Positions 11,600 to 24,922 of a stretch of DNA of 64,000 bases are shown here, in pieces. The notes beneath the pieces are model-generated. The model ran no database searches and was not told the origin of the DNA. It was given only the letters and a program-made list of their open reading frames with translations. This stretch comes from Octopus bimaculoides (Eukaryota): assembly GCF_001194135.2 (NCBI RefSeq), contig NC_069003.1, positions 32,663,339 to 32,727,338 of the forward strand. The letters run 5' to 3'. The translations under genes and the position numbers were made by a program. Numbering within the stretch: position 1 is the stretch's first letter; each line of letters opens with the position of its first letter.

Positions 11600-14500
11600 T
11601 TACAATTTATTATTTTTTAAAATTAGACTAAATCAAACCAGCAGGCATTCAGAAATGGGGAGTTTGTCTTTTTCCAAAAGAAAAATGGGAAAAAAACTTT
11701 TTATATAAGAATCTTACAAAAATACTATTTCATGAAGTCTGGTTGTTTGTTTTTGCAGGGTTTGGGGCTGGACTCCAACAAGTCTTAGAAGTGGCAGGAA
11801 ATAATATTACTTGCACCTCAACACAACTGATTAAGTTAGATGGGGGGGGGGGGGAGCCCTAAAGATATATATTTAGCAAGAGGGTTAGTTTTAATAGAAA
11901 TTAATATTAAATATACAGCTCACATACACCACAAAGTCAAACATGCCTTTGGTAAATATATATATATATATACATATATAGTGTAAAGAAAATACTTAGT
12001 GATTTTACAATGTTGTTTTGGATTATTTGCAGTATTAAAAACAAAATGCACAAACATACACACACACACACACAGCAATTATAATTGTGGGAGAGCAATT
12101 TTAGTCATCTGAAAATACGAAACTTGTATTTAATTTTTAGTTTTTCCTTGCCAAAATTTCTGTCACACAACTGCAACCAGGTCGCAAGTGGTGCAAAGGA
12201 AATTTTGAATCAAGGAGAAATAAATGAAAATGAACTTAGCAGTTTGGTTATATTTTTAGATGGCTAAAACGGTTCTTGCATGGTATAACAGTTTCAATTT
12301 CAACATATCAAAATCACTTGCTAGAACAATTCTAAAATAGATACAGGTTTGACAAGTGCAATACACGAAACTCTTGGTCCTTGAGTCACTTATCTAGCTG
12401 TACAGCTAAATTATATATGTATATACACACCTATACACAAATAAATATATATACACACACAGAGATAATATATATACACAAAAAAAACCCATTCTATTCC
12501 TGAAACTAAATGGCAACTATTTTACATAAGTTGGAAACAAAAGAAGAAAAATGTTGCAGTTATTAAATTAGATAATTTATGAACAAGCTTTTTACTTAAT
12601 AAGAAATTTATTATCCTTATATATGAGTGACCAAGGCAATCAGCTAATTTGCTGATCGAAATACAGTGTGTGTGTGTGTGTGTGTGTATGAGTGTGTGAA
12701 GGAAGAACTTTTGTTTTATACACAAATGCCAATTCCGTAACAACAGAAAGAGCATTTTCATTTGAAAGGCTGGAATGGGATGGATAGAGAGTAAACAGTT
12801 TAAAGAATGCAGTGTGGTAAAATATAAGTTGTGAACAGTATCTAGAGAGAGTTGAAAAATAAAAACAATTCATAGGTAAATGGGGGAAAAATGTGGACAA
12901 TTTATTGAACTTCTGTAACAGCACAAAAATACTCAAAAGCATTTAGAAATTATATAGAAATCTTCCATGGATAGCACAAGGAAGAAGACAAAATATATGC
13001 TTGACATACCATAAAGATGGATGGGAGTAAAAACAAAGAAAACCCAGCAGTCTTTGGAAGATTTAGTTATGGATAAATGAAGTTTAAGAAGATTATTAAA
13101 TTGTCAGTAATAACACATTGATAATTATTAGTCTGCTAAAAAAGATCTTGTGATAAAATGTTAATAGGAAGCTGGGTTTAAAGCCTGAATATAGTAAAAA
13201 TAAATGATTATTATTAGAATAGAAGTCTTAGGTTGCACTAAGCACTCCAACTGGCCTGTCATTTATGTTGGAAGTTTTAGTGAAATCTGGTCTGGTATCA
13301 AAAAAACCTCGGTAACCTACATGGAAACGACAACTAGTTAAATGCTAATTAAGATTTTAGTGGTAATCCAGATAACTTTCAATCAAGCAAAATTTCAACA
13401 TTCCATTGTGTAAGTGAATATTTGGCAGAGTCAAAAGATTGGACAGTTTGAGAGAGCCATGTCAAAATACCCAAATAAATTTCTGTTAGGAAATTCAAGT
13501 GACTTCCATTTCAGATTTCAGCCAAATAAAACAAAAAAAAAAAAAAAAATTAACAAGGAAAATGTAATCTTAAAAAAAAAGCTGTACTCTTCTGTTCCTA
13601 GCAATACTAAAATCAAAAAAATCATAGAAATAATTAAAAGATACTTCTAATGTCATATTAGAGAGATTTCTAACAAAGAAATTCAATCCCCTTCTCGCTA
13701 GATCATCCAAGATACTCAAGCTTTCAAGAAGAAAAGGTTGCTGGGAATTAAGATTTTTCACATCCATTTGTGTTCTCACTTTTGCTAAGATTTCATTTTT
13801 TTTTTTTTTCTTTAAATTTAAAAGGAGAAGGATTGAAATCACCAACCAATAATGTCTCAATAATTTCAAAAGACAATGGATCCATTTATTGGCTAAATGT
13901 GGAAATTACATTTAAGATCAACAAATTCAGGGCAGAAATCCACAAGTCAATTATTACACAGAACCCATCTTAGATGATCACTGGTAATTAGGATGAAGAG
14001 CAGAACAGTTTTTAAACGAGCTCTCTTGATATTGGCAGATAAGATAAAAGCAAAACTTTAATTTAAAAGAGGAATAATAAATAATTTTTAAAATAATATT
14101 AAAGCTAAATAAAGAGTGAAGTTGTAGATTAGTGTAGAATTGGTGGACATGAGAGTTAACTCCAACCTATTTCTTGAAGCAAAATCGTTTTAAAAGGAAA
14201 ATATTAATTTGATCCTAAGAATTATGACAAGTTATAGCAAAGGCTGTTCTAAAAAAAAGAAAATCCAACCAAATAGTCACTTTCTTTTAAGACATTTCCT
14301 TTCTTTTTTGTTTTGTTTTTTGTCATTACACAATAGTTTTCCTTCTCTCCAAATCACAGAAGCTAACGACTCCCAAAGTTAAGGAGTCATGGACCATGAG
14401 TCTTTTTTTTTCTTTTAAGGGTGTTTGTTTTTAAATCATTTAATTAGATGAAAAAGCTGCTAGATAGGGTGCAGATGCAGAATTTAAAAACATACAGGCC

Positions 14501-14665
14501 ATCGTATCTGAATATATCCAAGTTTCTAGTGAAAACCTCATCGTTGATGAACATGGGAATGCAAAGTTCAAGGGTATTTGGCAATGAGTGTTAAACACCA
14601 AAATTAATCCCTGTGTCAGTTCATCTTTGCCAGATCACCCAGTTTTGTTCTAATCCAAATGAAAT
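11600..14665 (-). other. Probable long 3' UTR of ZFAND5/6 (end uncertain; may extend toward ~9500)
   Basis: U-rich on the minus strand, no recognisable SINEs, several AATAAA candidates (e.g. plus-strand TTTATT at 11606-11611). Confidence 0.5.
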
Positions 14666-14814
14666 TCAAATCTTCTGAATTTTTTCACCTACAACAACAG
14701 GATTATTTTTCCGGATTTGTTCCTGAGCCATCTCCTTATAATCAAATGTACAACTATGCTTATCCGAATAACGATGAAGACTGCAATAAAGACCCTCACA
14801 TCGGCAGCGGAATC
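14666..14814 (-). CDS. ZFAND5/6: ZFAND5/6 last coding exon (AN1 finger C-terminal half, stop TGA)
   Basis: Acceptor ttatag|GATTCCGC; [49 protein letters not shown]. Confidence 0.97.
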
Positions 14815-17800
14815 CTATAAAGGAAAAATACATATAAATAAAACAAAAACACACATAACGTTTTTATAGTTGAGCAAACAATATTTGAAGATCAGTAGAC
14901 CCAGCTGTTAAATATCTACATTCACTTTAATAATTCTTGATGCTTCATAGATGTACTTCTAACAGAATTTACAAAATAGAAAGCTTGAATTTTAAACTGT
15001 TTAATTACTGGCACGAATTTTTGTACACACAAATATATATATATGATCAAACAAGGCTGGTGTTGGTCTGTGCCATCAAGGTTAAATTATATAGTAAAAT
15101 AAGAGAACTGCCATGGAATGTGGGAAAATCCAATGTTTCAAATACAATCCTTGTTAATTTCTCTTTCAACAACTTTGCCTAAAGGACTGTCCAAATAGAT
15201 TCCCCATGGTAAGTTCACAGTAAGTTTTACTACACACATACTAACAGAAAGAGGAATTTAATTTTTACATCAAAAATACTTCCTTATCCTTAAATAACTG
15301 AAAAAGGTCAATACGTATTATTCTATCCTTAGTGCATACTGATAATTTAGGCCATTATATGCAGCTAAATATATCTAGCTTAAACAGTTTAGAGTAAAAA
15401 GAAACTTTCAGAGCCTTTCAATAGAATTTAATAGTGTTTTGGTCTTTGCACCATGGCCATACTGGGGTATTTCGTTACCTTCAAGAGATCTTATCAATTA
15501 CATCAACCCCTGTACTTAGCTGTTGAATGAATAAAATAAATTCTGGGCAAAGTGCACCTCAGCATAAAGGGACCTAACTCAAGCGAAAGAACTAAAGTAT
15601 TTTTATTTGACACACCAATTTATCAGCAATCTCTTGTCAAAACACACACAACTAGCTTTTGCAGGTTCTATCTACATAATTTCCTTCATAAGGCATTGGT
15701 CAACCTGAAACTCTGGTAGAAAACACTTAAGATGCAGCACACTAGGACTGAACCCTAAACCATGTGGCTGCGAAGAATTCAAATTGTAACTTTTGTACCT
15801 TCATTAGTGTTAGCTGGTTCTTCTAACTGAACTGAGTCACTAGTCAGGTCTAATTCAAAGTCAGCCTACATATTCCATCAAGAAACACTGTATACATCTA
15901 GACTGGTAATTAGTTATTGTGAGAGGCAATCAAGATGGCTGTGAGCCATATCTTCAATTATTGTTGTTGCTCAGTCCTGATCAAGCAAACCTATGATTAA
16001 AAACTTTCCAACAATGATCACACCCTTTTTCTCCCTACACCCATTATATCAAAATTTTCCTTTCTATTTTAAGACTAGGGAATGTGCTTTGAAGAAGGCT
16101 GCAGTTTTTAGAAAGCTGTGCCATTATACAGAGAGGCTCCCCCCATCACTGAAGTGTATAAAAGCAGAGTTGTTCTCGGACCCACCATCATAATCATTTA
16201 ATGTCTACATCTCTGTTTGCACGAGTCAGAATTTGTTGAGGCAGATTTTCTACAACCAGATGCCAACCCTCATCTGTTTCCAAGTAAGGTAACATTTCCC
16301 CCATGATCAGACATGTTTTCAAGAAAGACAGGAAATGAAGGACACTGCTTGGTATTCATTTACAACTATCACATGAAGTCAAGGCAAGGAAACAGTAACA
16401 CACATATATGATGGGCTTCTTTCAGTTTCTACCTACAAAATCTGTTCATAAAGCCTTGGTTGACCGAAAGAACTAAAAGGTGGAATTGTATGGCCTACAG
16501 ATTAAATTAACATACCTGTTAATCCAACCTTCTTTTTGCAAGTATGGCAACGATTTTTTTTAGGTTTCTTATTTGCTTCTGATGATTGAGGGTCCTCACC
16601 ACCTTTGTGAATAAATACAAAAATAAAAGTAGAAAATGACCAAAAAAAAGAAAGAAAAAAAAGCAAGTAGAAAAAATGATTAACACCAATTAAAATCTAC
16701 AAGACAAATTATTATGAAATGGTGAATACTTACCTACAGCTGCTCCTTCATTTTTATCTATATCTTTTTCCTGATTGGAATTAGGGACAGGTACGGTAGG
16801 TGTGGCAGTTTTTATACTAGGGATAACTGATGTATCAACACCAGTTGCACCTTCAACTATACTAGGTGTTGATGAGATTTCTTGACTTGATGGTCCTGCA
16901 ATGTAAAGACAAAAGCTGTTAAATGAGGCAAATAATTCTTTAGAAATATTAAGGGGACAACTAAGGCAAATGTTAACGTTTGTGACTAAACATCATGGGG
17001 TCATATGTTTCAAGGTCACTGTATCACCATCTGCACAAGTGCATCTTTTCAATTTGTAACAAACTATGAACATTGAAGTTTAGTTGCACATTTTACAAGA
17101 AAGAATAAATTTGATTTACACTGCCAACCGAAGAATGGACTTTGTAATTAACTTTCAAACTGAAAAGTAAACAGCTGGATCGCCATTGCATTATGCACTT
17201 TTGTATTATCCAGGATGAAAAACCTTGATTTATTAAGCACTAAACACAAGTGTACGCAATCATTTTCTTCCTCAGACAGTCTTACACAACCTTTCCTTTT
17301 TCTTACTTTAAACCTGTGCTCATTGAGCATTCTTCCATGAGAACCTCAAGTTGACAAACCCTAACTTCCCAAAATGTCATATATAGGAACAGAAAATGTG
17401 GCTGTGGTTAATGGGTGTGGGCTAAAAAAACATCATACAAACATAAAACTAAATATCTGTATTGTCCACAACAAGCATCCTAGTGGTAATTAGAAAATAA
17501 CATTTACATTGCATATTTCCACACTAAGGATACCAACATGTCTGATAAATTCTTTTCTCAAAACTATTTGACAGATTTTGTATTAATTCACCAGGCCTGT
17601 TCATGTGTTTTAGATAAACCTCACAGCAACCAGCTCTACTCTACCACCATCACAACCCTATTTAGTGATTAGTTTAAAGCTTTCCCTCCATCCTAGTTGA
17701 AAGAGGTTCTGCTTATCACTCCTGTTTGTTGAGAGCAACACAATAGTGAAGCGAGTGCACTTCAGCAGCTCAGAGTTAGGCCACCATAAGCAGCCATCCC

Positions 17801-19213
17801 AATTCCTGATATAAGGAGCATCACTGACTAGGAAACAACAAAGCATTTATTTCCTCAACATTTCCCAACAAGTAAAGCAATGGAAGCAGAAGATATCAGA
17901 GACGATCCATGTTGGCAAATAGTAAGAACAAACAAATCACAAAGTAGAATAAAGTAGCTTGCTGTGAAGGAAAAAAAAAAATAATCTAACATTTCCAGCA
18001 GTACCCACACGTTCTCTCTCTCACACACAAGAAAGAGAGACAGAAAACATGTGGACAATTCATTTGTCTCAAATTGAGAGACTTGCCATAAAATACTTTT
18101 CCTCTTCACAGTAACATAATTTTTTTCCACTTTGTAACCATTTCTACTTGTCTAAAACAAACACTCTCTAGTTTCCTTAGATAATACTGTTTCATTTAAG
18201 CACTATCATCGTGGTAAATCTTTCCAGTCAGATTGCCTATGAAGTTTCCCAAATGAAACTAATTCAATCATGTTTTTCTATTCCAAATATCATCATGTGA
18301 AAAGTAAAGTCTGTTTCTCATCTCATCTTTAACAATGAACTGCCTGAAATAGTCAACATATAGCCAAGGTTTACATAATCCGTGGATGACATACCTTCTG
18401 GAACTAGTGACAACTATATTTCCCTCATATCACACCTAACAACCTTAAACCAAAAAAATTACAAACACACAGAATAATGGCATCCTACATGTATAGTCCT
18501 ACATGTATAGTCCTACATGTATAGTCGTCCTGAAATAAAAGCAATAGGTCACAGCTGAAATGCTTTTTGATCATAGGTCTGCTTTATATCAAGGTCAACT
18601 TCAAGTTAACAACAACCCTTAGGTGCCTCAACCTGCAAAAAACAGCAGCCTTTATATCAATTATATCACACCCATATCTTAGAGGAAAGGATTCATTAAA
18701 TAATGTATTCCTAAATACATAACAAAAAAAAAGGAGAGAGAGAATACCTTTAATCATTGATTCTTTTTTTTAAGTGTTTAGTCAAAAGAGGAAGTGCCAC
18801 ACCCATAATCTTTTTTAAGTCTTGATGTCAGATAGAAAAAAAAAGGTATAAGCATCTGACTGGAAACCTTGTTCAAATGCTTGCAATAGAGTGGCTCCCA
18901 CTTAAATTGGATAGCAGATTGAAAAAAGAAAAAAAAGGGCTCCTCCAATTGACTTCTATATTTCCTTTGATAATCAGATTATTATGTATAGTGCTCATGT
19001 GTACTACAATTTATCAAAGATGCAGGTATAGTACATAGAACTACGTACAAATGCCAGGTAAGTGAACAGTGCATGAGTCATGATATACAAGTGTGCACGC
19101 ATATAGAGGGGTGGGGATATCAGGTGTAGCATTGGCGAATTTCAAGAAGGATGGAGGTTTTAAAGGATGCAATGTCTCAACGATGGCTATGATAGAAAAC
19201 ATTTGACCAAAGT

Positions 19214-19247
<34 letters not shown>

Positions 19248-22200
19248 CCATACAAACGTGAAGCAAACTTCTTAACCGTAACAGTCTAGTGTTGCAAATT
19301 AAATGAAACCAGCCCGCAAATCAGTCCTGGTCTGACACACCTTATGATCAAAGACAATGTGTTCTATCTCTTCACTCTTTGTTTTTTAAAAAAGATGGTA
19401 GGGTGTAATTTGAGGGAGATTCGGTTGCTGTTTCTAGCAGAGAAGTGATAATACACGGCTCCTTTAATTGTTGGAGTTAAATATCTGGAATGTGGGACAG
19501 ACATTCAGGTATATCTTTTGTTAGCTTGATACACAGTGGCTGAATGGAATTTTATCTCCTAAGCTTTAATTACCAGTCTCATGACAACCGGAATATCATT
19601 TCACAATGATGATTAGTTATCCATGCTTGCTGACAGCCAATCACAAAACCCCTTCACTGTAAACTTCCTTATATGTGCATGTGTGTGTGTAAAATGTTAT
19701 GAAAACATTCACCAATCAAAAGGCATTTTACAATTTATTAAAAACTATTGGCTAACAACTTTAATAAATATCCATTATTATTAACATCCTTATTTTTTGT
19801 TACCACACATTTCTTTTAAAAATTACTCATGGATCATAAAACTAATTCTAACAATATGAATTTAAAGACATTGAAAACTACTGAAGGAACCACGTTTCAA
19901 TTTTACTTTAAACAACAGAAGTATTTCTGACGACAGTCATACTAGAACTGAAGCAGAAGAGACTGACATGAATGGAGCAGTCAACACAATGCCAGAAATA
20001 TCACCAAGTTTTCAAGACCAACACCAGGAACATAACTATTACAGATAAAGACTATATATTTGCAATTATTTCGCTGGTGAAAACATCATTGGCTAGGTAA
20101 CATTTTCTACAATAGGCACAACTACTGAAATTTTGGGGGAGGGTACTAGCTGATTACATCAACCCCCAAAAGAATTTTAACTCAAAACATGAAGGCCAAG
20201 CATTTTACCCAGCATGCTTACGATTCTGCAGCCTCGTCACCTTGACTGGGTAAAATGAAAACCTCAGCGAAATAAGAGTAAAGATTATTTGCCAGCGTAA
20301 CATGGCAGTCCTGTTTTAGGACGGACGTTGCTGTAATTTAGCCCCAGGAGACATTGTCTCCAGCTGGTTATATGACACAATCTGTCATATAGCTAAATTA
20401 CAGCAACATTCGTCCTAAACCAGCACAGCCATGTTACGTTGGTAAATAATCTTTACTATGGAGTACTGTTGCTGAATATGTCTTGTTGAGAGATTTACAA
20501 ATAGTAATTTTCTCTGTGAAATTGTTCAAAGCAGGATAAATGAAACGCGTCACTGATAGCAAGCATTTGCCAGGTAAACTTAGGTATAGTTTAGTATTAA
20601 ACATATCTAATGCAAAGATTAAACTAAAAATAATTACTTTACTATAGTTAAGAAGTCAGTATTAAGCATATTTGATGTAGGAAACATTAAAGATCAAACT
20701 AGAAATAATTTGAGAAACTTTGATCAGGGCTGGTAAGCCAAGAGGCTGCACGACACTCAAAGTATGTTGCTCAGCATGGCCACAGTCCAATGACTGAAAC
20801 CGGTAAGAAGAGTATATCTTTAAAGATAATTACTAATACAGTGTTTTAAAAGACAGGATTCAATTTACATTTTCTGCTAAAAGCTTAATAGAAATTTTGC
20901 TCATACTGAAGCTTTGAAATGCATTTTATACGCCTACTTTATAGACACATTCTTAGCCACATGAAATCGTAGTCGTGGCTGATACTGGTGTCACCGAACT
21001 GGCACGCATGCCGGTGGCACGTAAAAAGCGCCTTTCTAGTGTTGGGCCTCATGAAGGCAATGACGAATGACCAGGTCTTTTAGCATTATGTTGTACTTGA
21101 GAAGAAGACCCATCAAGTAAAATTGCAGTCAAACCAGATGCATCACCAATTTTTTCATCGATATTTAGAGCTTCCACACACACACACACACACAGTCAAC
21201 TGTATAACAGTCCCAAGGTATTTGGTCAACCCAAAACTATGAGAGAAGGTACTTGCTCAAGGTGACATACTTTCATAACAAAAAAATAAAAAAGACAATA
21301 GACAAATATTGAATTTATGAAATCCACTTCATCTTTACAATCAAGTGTACAATATTAGTGTTCAGGTGAGCCTCTATTGCCAGGTATGGACAATATTTTT
21401 CAAGAAGTAAGCCATAGGTGGGCTGCACCACTAAAAAATTCAAGGTTATATTTTGTTAGGTGTGCTATTTAGAAAGTCCGACAGACTGCAGGTTGCCCAT
21501 GACTGCTCCATGCAATCAGTGAACCTGCTTGTAATAGCAGCCAAATTTCCCTCTAATAACAATCCTGTTATCTTAAAGGATACCTTAGAAAATGCTTAGA
21601 TGTATATATGTGTACTTTGCTTTGGATAATATAATTGATAACACCCCCCACCACCACCCCCAAAACAGAAAAAAATTTATAGGTCTTTACTCACAGTATT
21701 ATTGTACGTGGGTAAAAATCTATAATTTTAACTACAACTGAAAGAAAATAAGTCAATACTCTGCTACAAATTATTTGTTAATACATCAACTCCGTTACAA
21801 AAAAAAAAAAAGCAAGTGTAAATCAAATCTTTGATGTGAGAAATGATGAAAGAAGGGAAGTAATCACATAAGTTATTTCTACACCAGAGATGGTCCCAAT
21901 GTTAGCAACAACAGTGGACTTTATGCTGATAGCGGTGGTAAATGCTCAGCAAATTGCATTTTAGGAAAATGTACAAAGAACAGCTACATATATAGGCCAC
22001 CTCACTGGCTTCCATGCAGTTTACATCCACCTAATTTCACTCACTCGACTTGGACTGACTGACTGTCTCAAGGCTATGGTAGATATTTGCAGAGTGTCAC
22101 ACAGTGGGATTGAACCCAGAACCACACAACTGAAAAGTGAACTTAGTTACATGACCATGTCTATATCCTGTTTACACAGGATTCTAGAGAACACTGTTAC

Positions 22201-24887
22201 AGATTCCTAGGAAACTGAAAGTTTACTAAAGCATCACTCATCAACTAATGGAGGATGACAAGTAGGTGTGGAGGTTAATATATTTCTTATTTTTAAAAAC
22301 ATTATCAGGCTTTGATGCCATACAGATTCAAAATGAGACACATCCTGCATGTTTCATGAATGAGGACCACTCCCAAAACTAACTATATAGACTAACCCTT
22401 TCGTAACTAAATTTCTAATATTTCATCTGTTGCGGTCTCAATTTTCAATATAAAGATTTGGGGGAAAGTATAGTATAGTATTCTAAAATATTCCATAGTC
22501 TATATATATATATTATGGTGGTATTATTTACCTAACTGAAATCTCTCAATATCATCCTTATTGTAATGAGATTTTTAACCAAGATTTTAATTTAAATATC
22601 AACAGTTTAATTACAGGCAGTTTCAGCTGGCTTGGTATTGACACAGTTCAATTATCCAAGACTTTTCATGGAAAAAAATTTGTTTAGATTAAAAGAAAAA
22701 AAAATGCAGCCATGGATGTGTAGTTGATAAACTTGCATCCAGCCACATGCTTTCAGGTGCAATCCCAGTGTGTGGCATCTTAGGCAAGTGTTGCCTTGTA
22801 CAAGCTCCAGGCTGGCCAAAGCCTTGTGAGTGCCAGATAGAAACTAAAAGAAGCCTATCACGCGCACATGTGTGTGTGTATACACATACGTTTTTGTGTT
22901 GTGTTTGCTCCCTACTATTGCTTGACAACTAATGTCGGTTTGTTTCCATCCCCATAACTTAGCAGTTCAGCAAAAGGAACTGATAGAATAAGGTTCAAAC
23001 TTCAAAAAAAAAAAATAAGTACTGGGAGTGATTTGTTTGATTAAACCATAGGCCACCAAACTACAGCCCACAACGTCAATTTGTCCAGTACGCCGTCGTA
23101 TGCTGAAAAAAATAAACACGCTTTTATCCTACTTCTTCTTAGATCATGCATGTTGTATGTATACTGAATCAGTCACGTCACGCGCTATGTATTTCACGCT
23201 CCATAATAATTACTACAGTACATCACGTGTGCCTTGGGCTAGTCAGTTATTAGTGATTACAATTAAAACGAGAATATCTGACGCTGAGGCCTAAGACTGC
23301 TTTTGTTTTTTCTTCACCCATCGTTATGGCTATTAAGAAGAGAAAGGTTGATGATGAATGTCGCATTTTCAATAAAGAATGGTGAGAAAAGTATTTCTTT
23401 GTGGAAACAAACGACCAGGAAGCTAGTTGTCTGATATGCAACGAAAGTGTTGCTGTTATGAAAGAGTACAATATTCATTGTCACTACAAAGCAAAACGTC
23501 TCTTAACACATTCTAGATATTCTGGAAAGTCGCAGTCCGAGAAATTTTAATTTATGAAACAGTTTGGAATCTCAAAGGAATTTCTTTACAAAAAAGTTTG
23601 TTGAAAATGAATCTATCACTCGTGTAAGTTACAAAATACTGAATAAGTTGGCAGAACGAGGAAAACAGTTTACTGATGGAAACTTTATAAAAGAGTGCAT
23701 GATGGAAGCAGCAAATGACTTGTGTCCTGAAAAAGCTAATATGTTTGTCTGTATCAGCCTTTCAGCAAGTTCAGTTGTGCAGAGAACAGAAGAACTTGGA
23801 GAGAATATACAGTTACATGAGAAAGCCAAGAAATTTTTGTGGTATTCTCTCGCAATGGATGAGTCTACTGATCTCTCTAGTATGTCACAACTTCTTGTGT
23901 TCATTTGTGGTATTAATTGCAACTTTGAGATTATAGAAGAAATGGCATACATTTGCAGTATACATGGAACAACACCTGGAGAAGATATTTTCATAGAGGC
24001 GCAGAAAACTGCAAAATTATAACCTTCAGTGGAATCAACTTCGGGAGGGAAAAGCATAGCAGGAGTGAGAAAGGGTTTGGTAGGGTGGATCCAGACCAAG
24101 TTGGAGGAGCAACTTCCGAAAGCTCTACTTATACACTGCATTATACATCAGCAAGCACTCTATGGAAAACACTTAGATATTTCTTGCGTACTAAAACCGG
24201 TTATAACTGTGGTGAACTTTATTCGGAATCATGGGCTCAACGACAGTTCCAGGCTTTCCTTGAAGAAACGGATTCTAATTTCTGTGACTTGCCTTACTAC
24301 ACAGAAGTGAGATGGCTCAGTTGCAGTAAAGTCCCGTTTCGTTTTTATAAGCTCCAAAGAGAAACAGATCTTTTTCTCACCGAAAAGAATAGAGCTGTTG
24401 CTAATTGGCTCAACTTGAAAAATTCGTCTTGTGATTCTTCCCCCCATGACCTCTCAATGTGGAGAAGTAGTGGTTTGGTCTGATACTTATGGAGAATAAA
24501 TTTTTCAGTTGAACTGTTTGCCATTAAATTTTCGTGTTTTTGCTTGTAATATTAAATGTTTCTTTCTAACAGGTACAACTCTAAGTTTTTAGGGTTGCAC
24601 ATGCTAAAAGTACAAAATTTCTGAAATGCGATTGGTTATCAAAATCTGTGACATGTACAGGCTATTAGGTTTCACTGTGAAAACTGGTGGATATTTCAGG
24701 GTTTGGGCAATTAAAGCCTTTTAAAGACAAAACTGAAGTTGAACATTATCTTAATATATAAAATACCAAGTCACGTGTCCATTTTTATTTTGTTTCGTTT
24801 CTTTCTTTCTGTCACACTGGAAGGAGAAAGTGGCAGTGCTGAGAGTAGGAAGAGAGAGAAAGAATGTATTATAAAGCAAGGCAGATT

Positions 24888-24922
<35 letters not shown>

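Noticed and set aside
17760-17830. C/D box snoRNA in ZFAND intron 2 (minus strand GTGATGC...CTGA)
   Set aside because: Box C is mismatched, the terminal stem is weak, the interval is short and I cannot verify an rRNA guide.
18483-18525. 14-bp unit x3 (tcctacatgtatag); 18-bp tandem at ~49570-49607; CAA/CAG run at 60490-60590; many TA/CA/GA microsatellites
   Set aside because: Ordinary slippage repeats for this genome; the poly-Leu and IYIY ORFs they generate are artefacts.
19940-20070. Possible extra ZFAND exon
   Set aside because: All three minus-strand frames hit stops shortly after the candidate acceptor, and the four known exons already join in frame.
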